The notes under the pieces: generated by a model
What the model was told of the DNA's origin: nothing
What the model saw: only the letters and a program-made list of their open reading frames with translations
Databases searched by the model: none
Translations under genes and position numbers: made by a program
Virus record (IMG/VR): IMGVR_UViG_2923334124_000002
DNA length: 56,113 nt
Strand: one strand, 5' to 3'
From: a virus
Lineage: Duplodnaviria; Heunggongvirae; Uroviricota; Caudoviricetes
In this document: piece by piece, positions 10,778 through 21,724 of the stretch
How positions within the stretch are numbered: position 1 is the stretch's first letter
Layout of the letters: every line of letters starts with the position of its first letter

Positions 10778-13700
10778 TCAGCTAATCGTGATGCCTGCAG
10801 TGGCTTTCTTCATCACCACAACCAGCAAATCGCTGATACTTGCTGTGGGATACCAGTTATTTACCAGCCATGCTGACACCGAAAACTCCAGTGTCATGTG
10901 ACCGTGACCGGCAGGCATATCAATAACACCACTGTAAATCAGCGTATTATCCAGCGCGGTACGGTTATAAATTTCAGCACCGTTTTTCCGCACTATCAGA
11001 CGGCATGAGGAGTAAATATCAGTATGCTCTTTCTCATGTTTAGCGCCGCTGAATGCCACCGCCGGAATAACAATCTGCCGGTCAAACGGCTGATCGTCAT
11101 AAACCCTGACGGTAATGGTTCCTGATGGCCACCGCTCCGGTGCACGGGAGTCCCGGGGGAAAGCTTTGCCCACTGTTTTAACGAGATCGCCTTCAATCTG
11201 GTTCGCGGACAATTTTCCCAGAACCCGACAGTTCTCGTTAATCGTGACGTTGTTGAGCGTCCCGGAGTTCGCATTCACGTTACCGCTGATATCGGCATTT
11301 TTCGCCGTCAGCCGCCCGTCCGGTGTCAGGGAAAATGCCGGAGGATTACCGCCGCTGGTAATGGTGGGAGCCGTCAGATATTTCAGGAACACTTCATTCA
11401 TAAATATCTGATCGCCCTGACCAACAAACATCGGCTTTGTGTTGCCATTCGCAGGATTAATCATCGCAATCCTGTCTGCCGCCAGCAGCACCTGACTCTG
11501 CATTCCTGCTGGCGTATTCTCAATACCGGCACCGATACCCGCAATATAAAGGCGTCCGTCCTGCATCTGCTGCAGTTTCACGGCCCACATGCTGTTCAGG
11601 TTATTATTTGTATCAACCTGAACTTTCTGTATCTGCTGGATTGCCGCACTCTGATTTTCCAGTTTTTTATTGACGGTCTGCGTGATTTCATTGCTGACAT
11701 TCGTAATGGACGTCCTGATTTCAGCCAGGTCCGGCGCAAGCTGACCGTTATCAATCTGCGTCCACAGCTCCTGGGCCAGATGTGTTTTCCCGATTTCTCC
11801 TTTGAAAAAATCCAGGTAACCTTCCGCATCATCGCTCGCCCGACCGACAGCCTCCACGAATGCCGATTTGCCAACAGTATTCACACTGCGGATATAAAAA
11901 TAATAATCATGGCCCGGTTTGATATTGATACTGGCAGCTATCCAGTACAGCGCCGAGCCAAGATAGCGGGCTGCGGTTTCAACCTGCCTGATATCCGCAA
12001 TCCGCTTTTCCGAGAACCAGAACTCAAACTGTACCGTCGGGTCATAAACGGCAAGATGTGGCGTTGCGGTTATCTGAAAATAGCCCGGCGTCAGCTCAAT
12101 CCGCGACGGTGCTGCCGGTGCGGCAATCCGGAAGGTGGTGGTGGCAGGTTCACCCTGCTGGCCATAGCTGTTTATCGCCCGCACCGTCAGGGTGTATTCC
12201 CCGAGCGGCAGGCCGCTGAAACGGTGCTCCGTGTCTGCGGTGATGGCGGTGGTCACCAGTCTGGCATCCGTTCCCTTACCACTGGTCAGGCGCAGACTGA
12301 AGCGCACACCCTTCACCACCCGCGGCGTGTCCCATTTCGCCTGCGCCAGATACTGGCCGTCAGCTGCGCTCACCTCCACCGTCAGGTGCTGCACTGCCGG
12401 TGGGATGACGCTGTTCAGGGAACCTGACTGCGGCTCAAAGCGGGCACCGTTATCCACGATGGCTTCTTTTTCCGGTACGTGCTGCACCGCCGTGATGGCA
12501 AAGGTGCCGTCCGTGTTTTCCCGGATGGAGACACAGCGGAACAGGCGACGGCGCAGTGACGGCAGGGAGAGTCCCCACACCCCGTATGTCTCCACACCAT
12601 CAGGCAGGGTACTGACCTGTATCCGGTCCGGCGCGGGGTGTGCGGTGATGTCCACACTCACCGGCTTACCGCTGCCGTTAATCAGGTTCACCGCCGATGT
12701 ACCTGTCTCCGGCAGGGTAACCTCACGGTCCAGCGTCAGGGTGCGGGTGGCAGCATCAATGGACAGGACACGTCCGCCGGTCAGGGTCCCGGCATAGTCA
12801 TTATCACAGATTTCAATAATGTCACCGGGTGTGTGCCGCAGCCCCTGAGACCCGAGCGTGAAATCCACCGTCTGCGTTTCCAGCAGTTCGGTCTTTATCA
12901 CCCACAGTCCGGCACGGTGGGCCTGACCGCGGCTGGTACAGCCGAACGCGTCCATCTTCAGCAGGTTGCGTCCGTAGCGCAGTATGGCTTCCGGGTCTTC
13001 CACCAGTTCCGTGGAGGTCTGCCAGCCGTTCTGCGGGTCGGTGTAATTCACCTCCACCGCCGTGTGCCGGTCCTTCAGGGCACTGAAGCTGTAGCGGAAT
13101 CCCACGCCGTTATCATCCACCACCACATCGCTGTTGGTGTACGGCCACACCACATCCGACGGGCGGTCCTGAACGAACGTCAGCGTCTGACCGTTCCATA
13201 CCGGCATACAGCGCATCGCAGAGCAGAAATCACTGAGAACGTCCCACGCCTTACGCTGTTGTGCCAGGTACGCATTAAAGGTCATCCGCGGCTCGGTCCC
13301 CCCGAAACCATCCGGGACCGTCTGGTCGCAGTACTGCCCGATGGCATACAGCGCCCACTTGTCCACATCCGCCGCCCCCAGACGTTTTCCCATGCCGTAG
13401 CGCGGGTGAGTCAGCATGTCCCACAGACACCAGGCCGGGTTGTTGCTGTATGCCGGTTTCAGACTGCCGTCCCAGATACCACTATACGTGCGTTTTTCCG
13501 GGTCATAGTTTGACGGCACCTGGATGATGCGACCGCGGATATGGTAGTTCACCGTCATCTGCTGGCCGCCGAACTGCTCCGCATCCACCTGCAGCCCCAC
13601 AATGGCCGTGTTCGGGTAGCACTGTTTCACATCGATGATTTCGGTGTATGACGACCACAGCGTCTTATTCTGCAGCTGGTCCGTGGTGCTGTCCGCCGTC

Positions 13701-14251
13701 TCCCTGACCATCCGGATGTTAAAGGGCCGGGGAGGCAGATTATCCAGAATCACCGAGGCCAGGAACTGTGAGGTGGTCTTGCCGTTAATGGTGACGTCCT
13801 TTTCTGTCACCCAGTTACCGTTACGCTGTAACTGAATCAGCAGGCGGACGGATGCCGGGTTACGGTCACCCTTTGAGGTGGTCTCCACCAGTGACTGCAC
13901 CCCGAAGGTAACCCGCAGGCGGTCAATGTTCGCGGACGTAATGGTGCGCGTCACCGGTTTTGCCTTCGTCACTTCCACGCCCAGTCCGGTTTCAGCTCCG
14001 GAGGACTCAAAGCCTTCCGGTGGTGTCTGCTCCTGCTCCCCGGCGCGCCAGACCGCCGTCACACCGTGTATCACGGGATTGCCGTCCGTGTCCGTCAGTG
14101 GGGTTTTGTTCACCAGAATACTCTGCAGTCCCTTCACCGGACCTTCTATCGGTCCCTCACCAATCGCATCAATCACGCTCATCATCTGCGTGGATTTGAG
14201 ATTATCCTTCGCCTCACGAGGCGTGTGTGCCTTACCGCCACCTTTTCCCAT
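10778..14251 (-). CDS. J: host specificity protein J (central tail fiber / tip attachment protein)
   Basis: 1157 aa; colinear with remembered lambda J along its whole length. Confidence 0.9.
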   Translation of the reverse strand: MGKGGGKAHTPREAKDNLKSTQMMSVIDAIGEGPIEGPVKGLQSILVNKTPLTDTDGNPVIHGVTAVWRAGEQEQTPPEGFESSGAETGLGVEVTKAKPVTRTITSANIDRLRVTFGVQSLVETTSKGDRNPASVRLLIQLQRNGNWVTEKDVTINGKTTSQFLASVILDNLPPRPFNIRMVRETADSTTDQLQNKTLWSSYTEIIDVKQCYPNTAIVGLQVDAEQFGGQQMTVNYHIRGRIIQVPSNYDPEKRTYSGIWDGSLKPAYSNNPAWCLWDMLTHPRYGMGKRLGAADVDKWALYAIGQYCDQTVPDGFGGTEPRMTFNAYLAQQRKAWDVLSDFCSAMRCMPVWNGQTLTFVQDRPSDVVWPYTNSDVVVDDNGVGFRYSFSALKDRHTAVEVNYTDPQNGWQTSTELVEDPEAILRYGRNLLKMDAFGCTSRGQAHRAGLWVIKTELLETQTVDFTLGSQGLRHTPGDIIEICDNDYAGTLTGGRVLSIDAATRTLTLDREVTLPETGTSAVNLINGSGKPVSVDITAHPAPDRIQVSTLPDGVETYGVWGLSLPSLRRRLFRCVSIRENTDGTFAITAVQHVPEKEAIVDNGARFEPQSGSLNSVIPPAVQHLTVEVSAADGQYLAQAKWDTPRVVKGVRFSLRLTSGKGTDARLVTTAITADTEHRFSGLPLGEYTLTVRAINSYGQQGEPATTTFRIAAPAAPSRIELTPGYFQITATPHLAVYDPTVQFEFWFSEKRIADIRQVETAARYLGSALYWIAASINIKPGHDYYFYIRSVNTVGKSAFVEAVGRASDDAEGYLDFFKGEIGKTHLAQELWTQIDNGQLAPDLAEIRTSITNVSNEITQTVNKKLENQSAAIQQIQKVQVDTNNNLNSMWAVKLQQMQDGRLYIAGIGAGIENTPAGMQSQVLLAADRIAMINPANGNTKPMFVGQGDQIFMNEVFLKYLTAPTITSGGNPPAFSLTPDGRLTAKNADISGNVNANSGTLNNVTINENCRVLGKLSANQIEGDLVKTVGKAFPRDSRAPERWPSGTITVRVYDDQPFDRQIVIPAVAFSGAKHEKEHTDIYSSCRLIVRKNGAEIYNRTALDNTLIYSGVIDMPAGHGHMTLEFSVSAWLVNNWYPTASISDLLVVVMKKATAGITIS

Positions 14252-14352
14252 ACAGCCTTCCCCTGAATAAATTAACCGCCACTTGCCATTCCGTACAGAA
14301 GTCGGATATCCTTCGCCCGAAAAGCATGAAACACATTTCTGCCATGCTAAAG

Positions 14353-14385
14353 AGAAACCCCGGTATCAGCAGATACCGGGGTTTT
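14353..14385. terminator. bidirectional hairpin (aaaccccggtatc...gataccggggttt) with U-rich flanks in the I-J intergenic insert
   Basis: perfect 12-bp inverted repeat read from sequence. Confidence 0.4.
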
Positions 14386-14554
14386 CTTTCATGCCCACCG
14401 ATAATCCTGTTGGTTAAAACCGGTAATGGCATAAAAATTCTGAATATCTTCACATTTTCACACACTGACTGTGGCGCTTATAATTTCGCTGCGTTAGTGT
14501 TTTTTTGCCCGAGTAACAAAAACAACTCCTTAACATTGATCTTCATTTGTCTGT

Positions 14555-14589
14555 CCCCGCAGCTCCGCGATCACTGCGGGATTTTTTTA
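14555..14589 (+). terminator. rho-independent terminator on the plus strand (ccccgcag...ctgcggg + TTTTTTT), antisense to the tail operon
   Basis: GC stem followed by 7 T; lies about 70 nt downstream of a TTCACA-N16-TATAAT promoter-like element. Confidence 0.45.
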
Positions 14590-14593
14590 TGTT

Positions 14594-15274
14594 TTATCCC
14601 TGTCGCCCGATAACCACGACCGTTCCGCCCCCGCCTTCATCACGGGTGCTGATGTCCTGGGATATACGGCGGGAGCCAACCAGCATTTCCCCGTAAGGCA
14701 CCGGCATCGGGTTCCCCTGGGCAATCATGTTATCCAGCGAGGAAAAGTACGTGTTCTGTCTGCCGTTATCCGTTGCGCGGTAATCCGGTGTTTTTGCCTT
14801 CGGGGCCAGCATCTGGGCCACACCGCCCAGAATCATGCTGGCTCCAAGTGAAAACAGCATCGTGGTGGCAGAAAAACCACCGGCTGCCAGGGCTGAACCC
14901 CATAACGCCATTGATGCCCCGGCAGTGAAGAAAGAGCCCACGATGGCTGCCGCCCCCAGCACAATCTGCAGTCCACCCTTTCCGGCCCCGGCCAGTCGCG
15001 GCACAATATGGATGACCGTTCCCTCACCCAGCTGTTCGTGAAGACGGGCGTACACCGCCTCCGGTGCCGTGTCATAACCGGCAATACGTATCTGGTACCA
15101 GCCTTCGTTCATCTGACGGCGAAAGCCCGGCACCTGTAACGACAGCGCCCGGATGGCTTCCGCTGCCGTGTTCACATACAGGCTGAGGCGGCGGCCAAAT
15201 CGTTGTAAATCCCCGTGAAGGCAGATGCGTGCCAGTGGCGGTGACGCCAGACAGAATGCGTTCGTCGTTGCCAT
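14594..15274 (-). CDS. I: tail assembly protein I
   Basis: 226 aa; matches remembered lambda I (ARICLxGDLQRFGRR..., Gly/Ala-rich hydrophobic segment). Confidence 0.85.
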   Translation of the reverse strand: MATTNAFCLASPPLARICLHGDLQRFGRRLSLYVNTAAEAIRALSLQVPGFRRQMNEGWYQIRIAGYDTAPEAVYARLHEQLGEGTVIHIVPRLAGAGKGGLQIVLGAAAIVGSFFTAGASMALWGSALAAGGFSATTMLFSLGASMILGGVAQMLAPKAKTPDYRATDNGRQNTYFSSLDNMIAQGNPMPVPYGEMLVGSRRISQDISTRDEGGGGTVVVIGRQG

Positions 15275-15915
15275 TTTTCGGAATACCTCTCCCGTTTACT
15301 CAGTTGTTCAGGCAGATGGTGAAGCAGCTCACCGTTGCCGCAGTAAATGGCGGCATGGTTCGGTACCGAAGCACCAAAGCAGCACAGCAGAATATCGCCC
15401 GCCTGTGCAGAGGACAGGGGCACCCGGTAAAAGCCGGTGACCGCCATATTGTCCAGGTAAAGGTTCTGACCGTTGCGCCACCAGTCATCCTCGCGATGAA
15501 AATCCGGCATTTCAGTCCCCGCCAGATGATAAGCATCCCGGAACAGCGTGTAACAGTCCGTCACCCCGTGCTCAAAGCGCCGTCCTGTCAGATGTGGCAC
15601 ACAGCGGAATTTGTGAATGTCACCCCGGCAGACCAGCCACCAGGGCAGTGCGCTTTTTATCTGCAGCCGCCGGTCAGCCTCGCTCAGCCAGGGCAGCCCA
15701 CCGGGATGACTGTGGACCAGTGCCACAATCTCCCCCTGCATCTCTGCCCGCAGCCAGTCTTCCGGTGCGATACGAAAATACGCCTCCGGCTCTGCAGAAA
15801 TATTCACACAAGGGATATACCACTCCCCCTCCGACGTGCTTATCACGAAGCCGCACGACTCCGCAGGCGCACACCGCCGGGCATGCGCCAGAATCGCTGA
15901 TTCAGTCTGTGTCAT
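15172..15915 (-). CDS. K: tail assembly protein K (JAB/MPN + NlpC/P60-like)
   Basis: starts MTQTESAILAHARRC...; HSHPGG motif; overlaps I by about 100 nt as in lambda. Confidence 0.85.
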   Translation of the reverse strand: MTQTESAILAHARRCAPAESCGFVISTSEGEWYIPCVNISAEPEAYFRIAPEDWLRAEMQGEIVALVHSHPGGLPWLSEADRRLQIKSALPWWLVCRGDIHKFRCVPHLTGRRFEHGVTDCYTLFRDAYHLAGTEMPDFHREDDWWRNGQNLYLDNMAVTGFYRVPLSSAQAGDILLCCFGASVPNHAAIYCGNGELLHHLPEQLSKRERYSEKWQRRTHSVWRHRHWHASAFTGIYNDLAAASACM

Positions 15916-15925
15916 AAACCGGGAT

Positions 15926-16624
15926 TTACTGCGAAAGTTTATTAATGGAAAGGAAACCGCCAAAATTGCCGACATTCCTGCGCAGTTCACACCCGCGCAT
16001 GCACTTGCTGCATCTGTCCTTACGGATATCCGTGGTGGGGTTGTCGAACTCATCCGCCACCGCAGGACCGTTATACCCGCATTCATCTCCCCGGTAATCC
16101 CACATACAGGTGTTCGCCAGCATGATGCGACCGGGAAACAGCGCCCCATCCGTCTCGGTCGGTGTAGCCAGCACAAACGAGGCCGTCATGGCTGTCAGCT
16201 GCGACATCTGCTCCACCACCCAGCGGTCACTCAGCTCCTGCTCCGGGTCCGCCTCCGGATTGCCCGCAACGAAATTCACCGCATCCAGAAAACGGGCATA
16301 CACCCGGCGGCGGACCACCGTGGCCCCCACCAGACTCTGCAGGTCTTCCGCCATCCCGGTGACCAGACCGAACAGATTGGACACCGTCAGCGACGGTCTG
16401 GCACTGCTGCCCTTCCCGCTCATCTCAAAACCGCTGCCGTCAATCGGGTATGCCTGATATTGCCGCCCCTGCCAGGTGACCGGCTCCCCTTTTTCATTCA
16501 GCTCATTACAGAAAAAATACCGCTCACCGCCCTGTACCGTCAGGTCGATTTCCCAGAGTACCACCCGCGGTGACTGCTCTGACTTAACCGACTCGTTCAG
16601 ACTTTCTTCGCGAATATCCTGCAT
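15926..16624 (-). CDS. L: tail tip assembly protein L
   Basis: 232 aa; MQDIREESL...VVLWEIDL... near-colinear with lambda L. Confidence 0.9.
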   Translation of the reverse strand: MQDIREESLNESVKSEQSPRVVLWEIDLTVQGGERYFFCNELNEKGEPVTWQGRQYQAYPIDGSGFEMSGKGSSARPSLTVSNLFGLVTGMAEDLQSLVGATVVRRRVYARFLDAVNFVAGNPEADPEQELSDRWVVEQMSQLTAMTASFVLATPTETDGALFPGRIMLANTCMWDYRGDECGYNGPAVADEFDNPTTDIRKDRCSKCMRGCELRRNVGNFGGFLSINKLSQ

Positions 16625-16965
16625 CAGTTCACCACCTGCTCAATCGTACAACTGAAATCACTGTGCCTGGCGTTATCTGTGACGCTCCACTCCCGGCACA
16701 CCACCCTCACCGTCAGGTTATGTTTCGGCGGTCGCCACAAAAAGGCACGGTAACCACCATGCCACGATAAAAATTCATCCAGCCAGCGCCGGGTTGGTTC
16801 ATCCGTCACCCGGAACACCGCCTGAAACGTCTTCAGTCTGGCATTAAGTCCCGTCGGTCGGCGCTGTTCATAACCGTCACCAAACCGAACCCTCACCACC
16901 GACGGTTTCTCACTCACCTGCATCCCTTCACGCGGGACCAGATGCAGCGTTTTTATCTCAGCCAC
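16624..16965 (-). CDS. M: minor tail protein M
   Basis: 113 aa; position and similarity to lambda M. Confidence 0.85.
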   Translation of the reverse strand: MAEIKTLHLVPREGMQVSEKPSVVRVRFGDGYEQRRPTGLNARLKTFQAVFRVTDEPTRRWLDEFLSWHGGYRAFLWRPPKHNLTVRVVCREWSVTDNARHSDFSCTIEQVVN

Positions 16966-19900
16966 TCAGCATTCCTCCGTCACGTCGCATGGACAGCATC
17001 ACCGCCTGCACCCGCTGGTCAATCAGCTGCACAAGACTGCCTGCCGCCTCCGCCCCTATCTGTCCGTTAGCCCCGTCATTCTGAATGGCGATGTGGTAGA
17101 CCGGGGAATACACCAGACCGGCACTGCCGTTCATACTGCCCACCGCGCGTACGCCCAGCGAGCCATCCGCCGCCCGGGTCAGGGGCATAATGGCTTCAGG
17201 TCCGGCTTCCCCCATCAGCCCGGCCCCTTTTGCAAACGCAAAGTACGTGGGCGTGTCCACAATGCTGTTGCTGTACGCACTCAGGTTTGCCGAGGTATAC
17301 ACGCCGCCTTTTGCATTGGCCACCGCACCGCCCAGCCAGTCACCAATGCTGCCAATAAATCCTCCCGCACCGGACATACCGTTTGCCGCCGTCTTAATTC
17401 CGTTGACAATCGCAGCATTCATAAGAACTTTTGAGATTTCCTGCAGTACGGATGAGGCCCAGTTGCGCCATTCCACTTTGTTTCCGTTCAGCATCTCCGT
17501 GATGTTATTCACCATCCCTGAGATACCCTCCGTCGCAAGCTGTGCTGCCTGTGAGGCGTAATCGGATGCATTGTCCACCCAGTTACTGAGCCCCTCCTGC
17601 AAGCCTTTCTGCCAGTCCGCACGCTGCGCATCCGATTCGGCATAAAAGGCTGCCTGGTCCTTAAGGCGTTCGCTCAGATACTGCGCGTTCTGTGCCCGTG
17701 CCTGTCTGTAAAAATCCTCACTGATATCCCCGGTCTGATACTGAGACTGAAGGTCCGCATCCTTCTGGCGGAAGCTGTCACGGATCTGCTGCAACTCCCG
17801 CATGCGTTCCCTGGCTCGTTCTCCCTGCCCGTATCCCAGCAGTTCGGCTTCATTTGATGCACGCGCAGCCACATTATCATTCTTCAGGGTCTCTTCCCGG
17901 GATCGCAACTGTTCCCGGATTTTTTGCTGGTCAATCAGGGCCGCGTTACGCAGCAGTTCCTGCTTCTGCATCTCCGTCAGGGTTTTCAGTTCGCCCTGCG
18001 CAGTCTGGTACTTCAGCTTCGCCAGCTCTGTATTCTGACCCGCCAGTGCCAGTTGCTCTTTCTGCTGCTTCAGTAGCCGGGAAAAACTGTCTTCCGCTTT
18101 TTCCGTCTCTGATTTTCCACCCCGGGATTTAGGTTTGTTCGCCTCGTTATTACGCCAGGCTTCCAGAGCATTACTGATATAACGCTGTCTCGCCTCCTGA
18201 TACGAATCCCCCACAAAACCAAGGTCATCCGCCGCATACCCCAGCCGGGCACGCTCTTTTTCCTCCCCCTTCAGTCGGGACAGGGCCAGCTCACGTTCTG
18301 TTTTTGTCAGGGCGCTCTGCTGTTTATCATCCAGGGTGGCCTGCGGCAGCCGTAACGGTACATTCACCAGTCCCTGACGCTGCTGAAGCAGTTCATTCCC
18401 CAGCCCCAGCAGACGGTTGAATTCCGTATGCTGACCGTTCATAACCAGCATGGACTGGTACACCTTATTCTGCTCTGCCGCCTGCTGACGAATTAACGCC
18501 ACACGACGGTCTTCCAGCCCGGCAAGCACATCCTGAATGGACTGCGCTTTTTCCTGCATCTGTGCCAGACGGGACTGCTCAACGGCAAGCTGCTCTGTTG
18601 CCTGAGAAAGCCCTTCCGTCACGGTCTTCACCGATGTCAGATGGTTTATCATGAATCCGTCACCGGTTGTCCAGCCAGGGTTAGCCAGAACATACTGATA
18701 TCCAGCGATTTTTTCCTGCAGGGATTTCACCCGGCTGGCCTGTTCATCAATCAGCCGGTTCTGCTCTGCCAGCGCCGCCCGTGTTCGTCCTTCATTATCT
18801 GAGGCTTCAGGCAAAGACATTGACGGCGTTTTATGCGCGATTTCATCTATCGTCAGTGCATACTGGCGCGCTGACTCCCTGGCCTGCTCCTGATTCTGGT
18901 ACAGCGTATACCATGCTGCTGCCCCCAGCATCACCAGTCCGGGTACGCCACCAACCAGTCCCAACGCACCAGTCATCAGACGTGAGCCCACCGCCGTTGT
19001 ACTGTTCAGCTCATTCTGGGCTGCGGTTCTGGCAGCAATATTTCTGTTCAGGCGTTCCTGTGTGGCCGCCAGACGGGCTTCTGCAGCAATCTGCATCTCC
19101 GTCCCGCGGGCTGCCGCCACAGCCTGCTGTGCACGGTACACGGCTGCCCTTGCCCGCGCCGTGGCAATCTGCGTCCCCCTGAGCTGTGCTTCCGCCAGTG
19201 CCACTTCATTACGTGCTGCCGTCACAAGTCCTGCCGTGGCAGACACCGCTCCGGAGGCCATATTGCCAAAGTACCGGGCAACCCCGACGGCAACCAGCGC
19301 CCCCGCGGCTGTTGCCACATTATCAATATTACCGGCAACACCGTTCAGCACGCCGGAGAGCGTTTTCGTCGCTCCGCTGGCTTCATTCGCGCCACCCACC
19401 CAGGCCATAAAGGCGTTTTCCACCTTTGTGATCCCGTCAGAGACCGTTTCCGGCATGGCGGCATATTCATCACGCAATACCCCCAGCTGGCTGATTAACG
19501 CAGGAACGACTTTATCCGCCGTCAGTTTGCCGTCGTCCGCCATCGCCTTAAGGTCTTTACGGGCCACGCCCATACCCGCAGCCAGTGCACGTACGATCCG
19601 GTCTCCGCTTTCATTGACCGAATTAAATTCCTCACCGCGTAACACACCCTGTGCCAGCGCCTGGCTGAACTGGGTGATCACCGAGCCCGCCTCTGCCGTA
19701 CTGGCACCGGAGATTTTCAGCCCCGTGGAAATGGCCTCCGTCACCTTCAGCACATCATCAGCACTGTAACCATATTCACGCATTGAGGCTGCCGAGCGGG
19801 CAAACAGGGCCGCATTATCTGAAAATGCCGTGCCCGTCCGCTGGCTGATATCCATCAGCACTTTCTGTGATGACGAAAATTCATCGGATGACTGCGACGC

Positions 19901-20200
19901 CTGTTTCAGTCGGGCATTCACGGAACTCCATTCATCGGCCAGAGAAATCAGGTGTCCGGTGGCAAAGGCACCTGCAAATGCCCCCGCCGTTCCGGCAGCT
20001 GAAGCGCGGATTTCCGTCAACTGGCTGTTCAGCTCAGCCAGGGCGCGTCGCTGCACCCGGGCGACTGCGGCAGCCTGACGCCCGCCATTCTGCAGGGTCC
20101 GGTAATATTCACTGCCCATGCGGGAAGCCCGCTGGATCTCCGACTGGAATGACTGCGAATTTGCCGAAATTTTGATAATCAGTTCACGTAACGTCGCCAT
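16958..20200 (-). CDS. H: tail tape measure protein (lambda H-like)
   Basis: 1080 aa; Ala/Gln-rich coiled-coil protein between G/T and M. Confidence 0.9.
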   Translation of the reverse strand: MATLRELIIKISANSQSFQSEIQRASRMGSEYYRTLQNGGRQAAAVARVQRRALAELNSQLTEIRASAAGTAGAFAGAFATGHLISLADEWSSVNARLKQASQSSDEFSSSQKVLMDISQRTGTAFSDNAALFARSAASMREYGYSADDVLKVTEAISTGLKISGASTAEAGSVITQFSQALAQGVLRGEEFNSVNESGDRIVRALAAGMGVARKDLKAMADDGKLTADKVVPALISQLGVLRDEYAAMPETVSDGITKVENAFMAWVGGANEASGATKTLSGVLNGVAGNIDNVATAAGALVAVGVARYFGNMASGAVSATAGLVTAARNEVALAEAQLRGTQIATARARAAVYRAQQAVAAARGTEMQIAAEARLAATQERLNRNIAARTAAQNELNSTTAVGSRLMTGALGLVGGVPGLVMLGAAAWYTLYQNQEQARESARQYALTIDEIAHKTPSMSLPEASDNEGRTRAALAEQNRLIDEQASRVKSLQEKIAGYQYVLANPGWTTGDGFMINHLTSVKTVTEGLSQATEQLAVEQSRLAQMQEKAQSIQDVLAGLEDRRVALIRQQAAEQNKVYQSMLVMNGQHTEFNRLLGLGNELLQQRQGLVNVPLRLPQATLDDKQQSALTKTERELALSRLKGEEKERARLGYAADDLGFVGDSYQEARQRYISNALEAWRNNEANKPKSRGGKSETEKAEDSFSRLLKQQKEQLALAGQNTELAKLKYQTAQGELKTLTEMQKQELLRNAALIDQQKIREQLRSREETLKNDNVAARASNEAELLGYGQGERARERMRELQQIRDSFRQKDADLQSQYQTGDISEDFYRQARAQNAQYLSERLKDQAAFYAESDAQRADWQKGLQEGLSNWVDNASDYASQAAQLATEGISGMVNNITEMLNGNKVEWRNWASSVLQEISKVLMNAAIVNGIKTAANGMSGAGGFIGSIGDWLGGAVANAKGGVYTSANLSAYSNSIVDTPTYFAFAKGAGLMGEAGPEAIMPLTRAADGSLGVRAVGSMNGSAGLVYSPVYHIAIQNDGANGQIGAEAAGSLVQLIDQRVQAVMLSMRRDGGMLSG

Positions 20201-20247
20201 TCACCTTTCTCCGGGCGTAAAAAAACCGCCTCAGCGGTTCTCATCAT

Positions 20248-20529
20248 TCATGACTGTGCTGCGAAGCTCAGCGCGTCTTCCAGCGCCGCAAACGGATCCA
20301 CCTCCGGCTTATCCTCATCCTCGCCCCAGCAGAGCATGGCGTCCTTCAGTGCAACATTCATCCCCTGTGCCCCAAAAACCGCTTTCACGATCTGTGCATT
20401 ACGGATATCCCCGCGCTCATCACCCAGCGGGGATACCCTGTCGAACTCCATCCACATCATCGCCTCGCTCACACTCAGGCTGTGCCGCAGTTCGGATAAG
20501 GTGCGCCCCAGACGGAGCGCAAGTCGCAT
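20248..20529 (-). CDS. T: T portion of the G-T tail assembly chaperone (expressed by -1 frameshift from G)
   Basis: ORF in alternate frame immediately after G; slippery heptamer A AAA AAG at the end of G (plus coordinates 20556..20562). Confidence 0.6.
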   Translation of the reverse strand: MRLALRLGRTLSELRHSLSVSEAMMWMEFDRVSPLGDERGDIRNAQIVKAVFGAQGMNVALKDAMLCWGEDEDKPEVDPFAALEDALSFAAQS

Positions 20530-20552
20530 CAGAAAGCGAATTTCCGGGCGGG

Positions 20553-20927
20553 CTACTTTTTTCTGGCCGACTCTGCATCAGCGATCAGTTCCAGTGCCTG
20601 ACGCAGCAACCGGGCATGTACCGGACCATAGACGGCCAGCACCTGCTCACGGTCGTCCGGAGCGAACACCCGCTGCAGATCCGTATCACACAGGACATCG
20701 CAGAACAGCGTCACATCCGCTTCTAGGTTACGGCGGGTTTTCGCCACCACCGACAGGGTATCGTCATCCTCTCCATCACCATTGAGCACTTCCTGCCACA
20801 GATACCAGGCCTCTGCCGAAGGCTCCCGCAGCACCACGCTGACATTACCCCATTCCGGCACCTTCACCGTTTTATGACGAAACCCTGACAGTCTGGCCAG
20901 CGCCAGCGTTTTCAGATCCTTTTTCAT
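20553..20927 (-). CDS. G: tail assembly chaperone G-like
   Basis: 124 aa acidic protein between the major tail and tape measure genes; ends in a canonical slippery site. Confidence 0.6.
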   Translation of the reverse strand: MKKDLKTLALARLSGFRHKTVKVPEWGNVSVVLREPSAEAWYLWQEVLNGDGEDDDTLSVVAKTRRNLEADVTLFCDVLCDTDLQRVFAPDDREQVLAVYGPVHARLLRQALELIADAESARKK

Positions 20928-20941
20928 GATGACCCATCCCC

Positions 20942-21658
20942 TTATCCGGCGGCTGCGCTCACTGTCACGGTGCATTCAACAGACGTCACACTCTGTGCTT
21001 TCTCTGCCGAATCGGTCACCACGCAGGTATATTTCCCCGCATCAGCGGACTGCGCACCTGGCTTACTGAAGGTGTCTGTCGTCTGCCCGTCAACCGGCTG
21101 ACCATCCTTCTTCCAGGCGTATTTATACGGCGGCGTTCCCCCGTTGGCACTGACTGACATTGTCAGCAGCGCACCTGTATTCACGGTAAGTGTTTTATCC
21201 AGATTTTTCACAAACGCCAGCGGTACCACAAAGGACACCGGTTTGCCTTTCATACGCAGTGAAAACGTTGCTGCCACCACGCCGTTGGTACCGGATGACC
21301 AGGTGTGCTGACGCACTTCCGCCAGGAACTTAAAGCCCTTACCGGACGGAAACAGCACCTTAAACGCATACAACGCGTCATTGTCATAGGCATCACGCAG
21401 GGCGTTCTGGGCCTGATTCAGATAAAAATTACCCGACATGGAAATCTCAGACGACGCCCCCAGACCGTTGATGTTCTCCTGCTCGGTGGAGCAGAGCGTG
21501 GTCACATCAATATCCTGTTTCTGACCAGCGGTGAACTGGACTTCCTTGATGGTGCAGTCCAGGCGCAGATATTCCGCCTTATCCATAGTTTCAGCAGTCG
21601 CCGGGGCAGATGAAATCATCACCTGCGTCAGCTGTGAGCGTTCATACAAAGCAGACAT
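20942..21658 (-). CDS. major tail protein with C-terminal Ig-like (Big_2-type) domain
   Basis: 238 aa; position upstream of G/T; C-terminal ...TVNTGALLTMSVSANGGTPPYKYAWKKDGQPV... Ig-like pattern; true start may be an internal Met. Confidence 0.7.
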   Translation of the reverse strand: MSALYERSQLTQVMISSAPATAETMDKAEYLRLDCTIKEVQFTAGQKQDIDVTTLCSTEQENINGLGASSEISMSGNFYLNQAQNALRDAYDNDALYAFKVLFPSGKGFKFLAEVRQHTWSSGTNGVVAATFSLRMKGKPVSFVVPLAFVKNLDKTLTVNTGALLTMSVSANGGTPPYKYAWKKDGQPVDGQTTDTFSKPGAQSADAGKYTCVVTDSAEKAQSVTSVECTVTVSAAAG

Positions 21659-21724
21659 TCTGCCTCCTGATAATAAAAAACCCGCACGCGGCGGGGTATG
21701 GGTTTTGTAGAAAAAAAGAAAAAG

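Noticed and set aside
11780-13513. Plus-strand ORFs of 200-290 aa antisense to J
   Set aside because: They overlap the well-supported J gene on the opposite strand, have Arg-rich artefactual composition and no translation signals
14232-14465. 77-aa minus-strand ORF in the I-J intergenic insert
   Set aside because: Runs through the perfect hairpin and into the J start in another frame, with no SD; the region is better explained as non-coding regulatory or sRNA sequence
15916-16176. N-terminal 87-codon extension of the track ORF 15172..16176
   Set aside because: Homology to lambda K begins at MTQTES (15915); the extension overlaps gene L and is an in-frame read-through artefact
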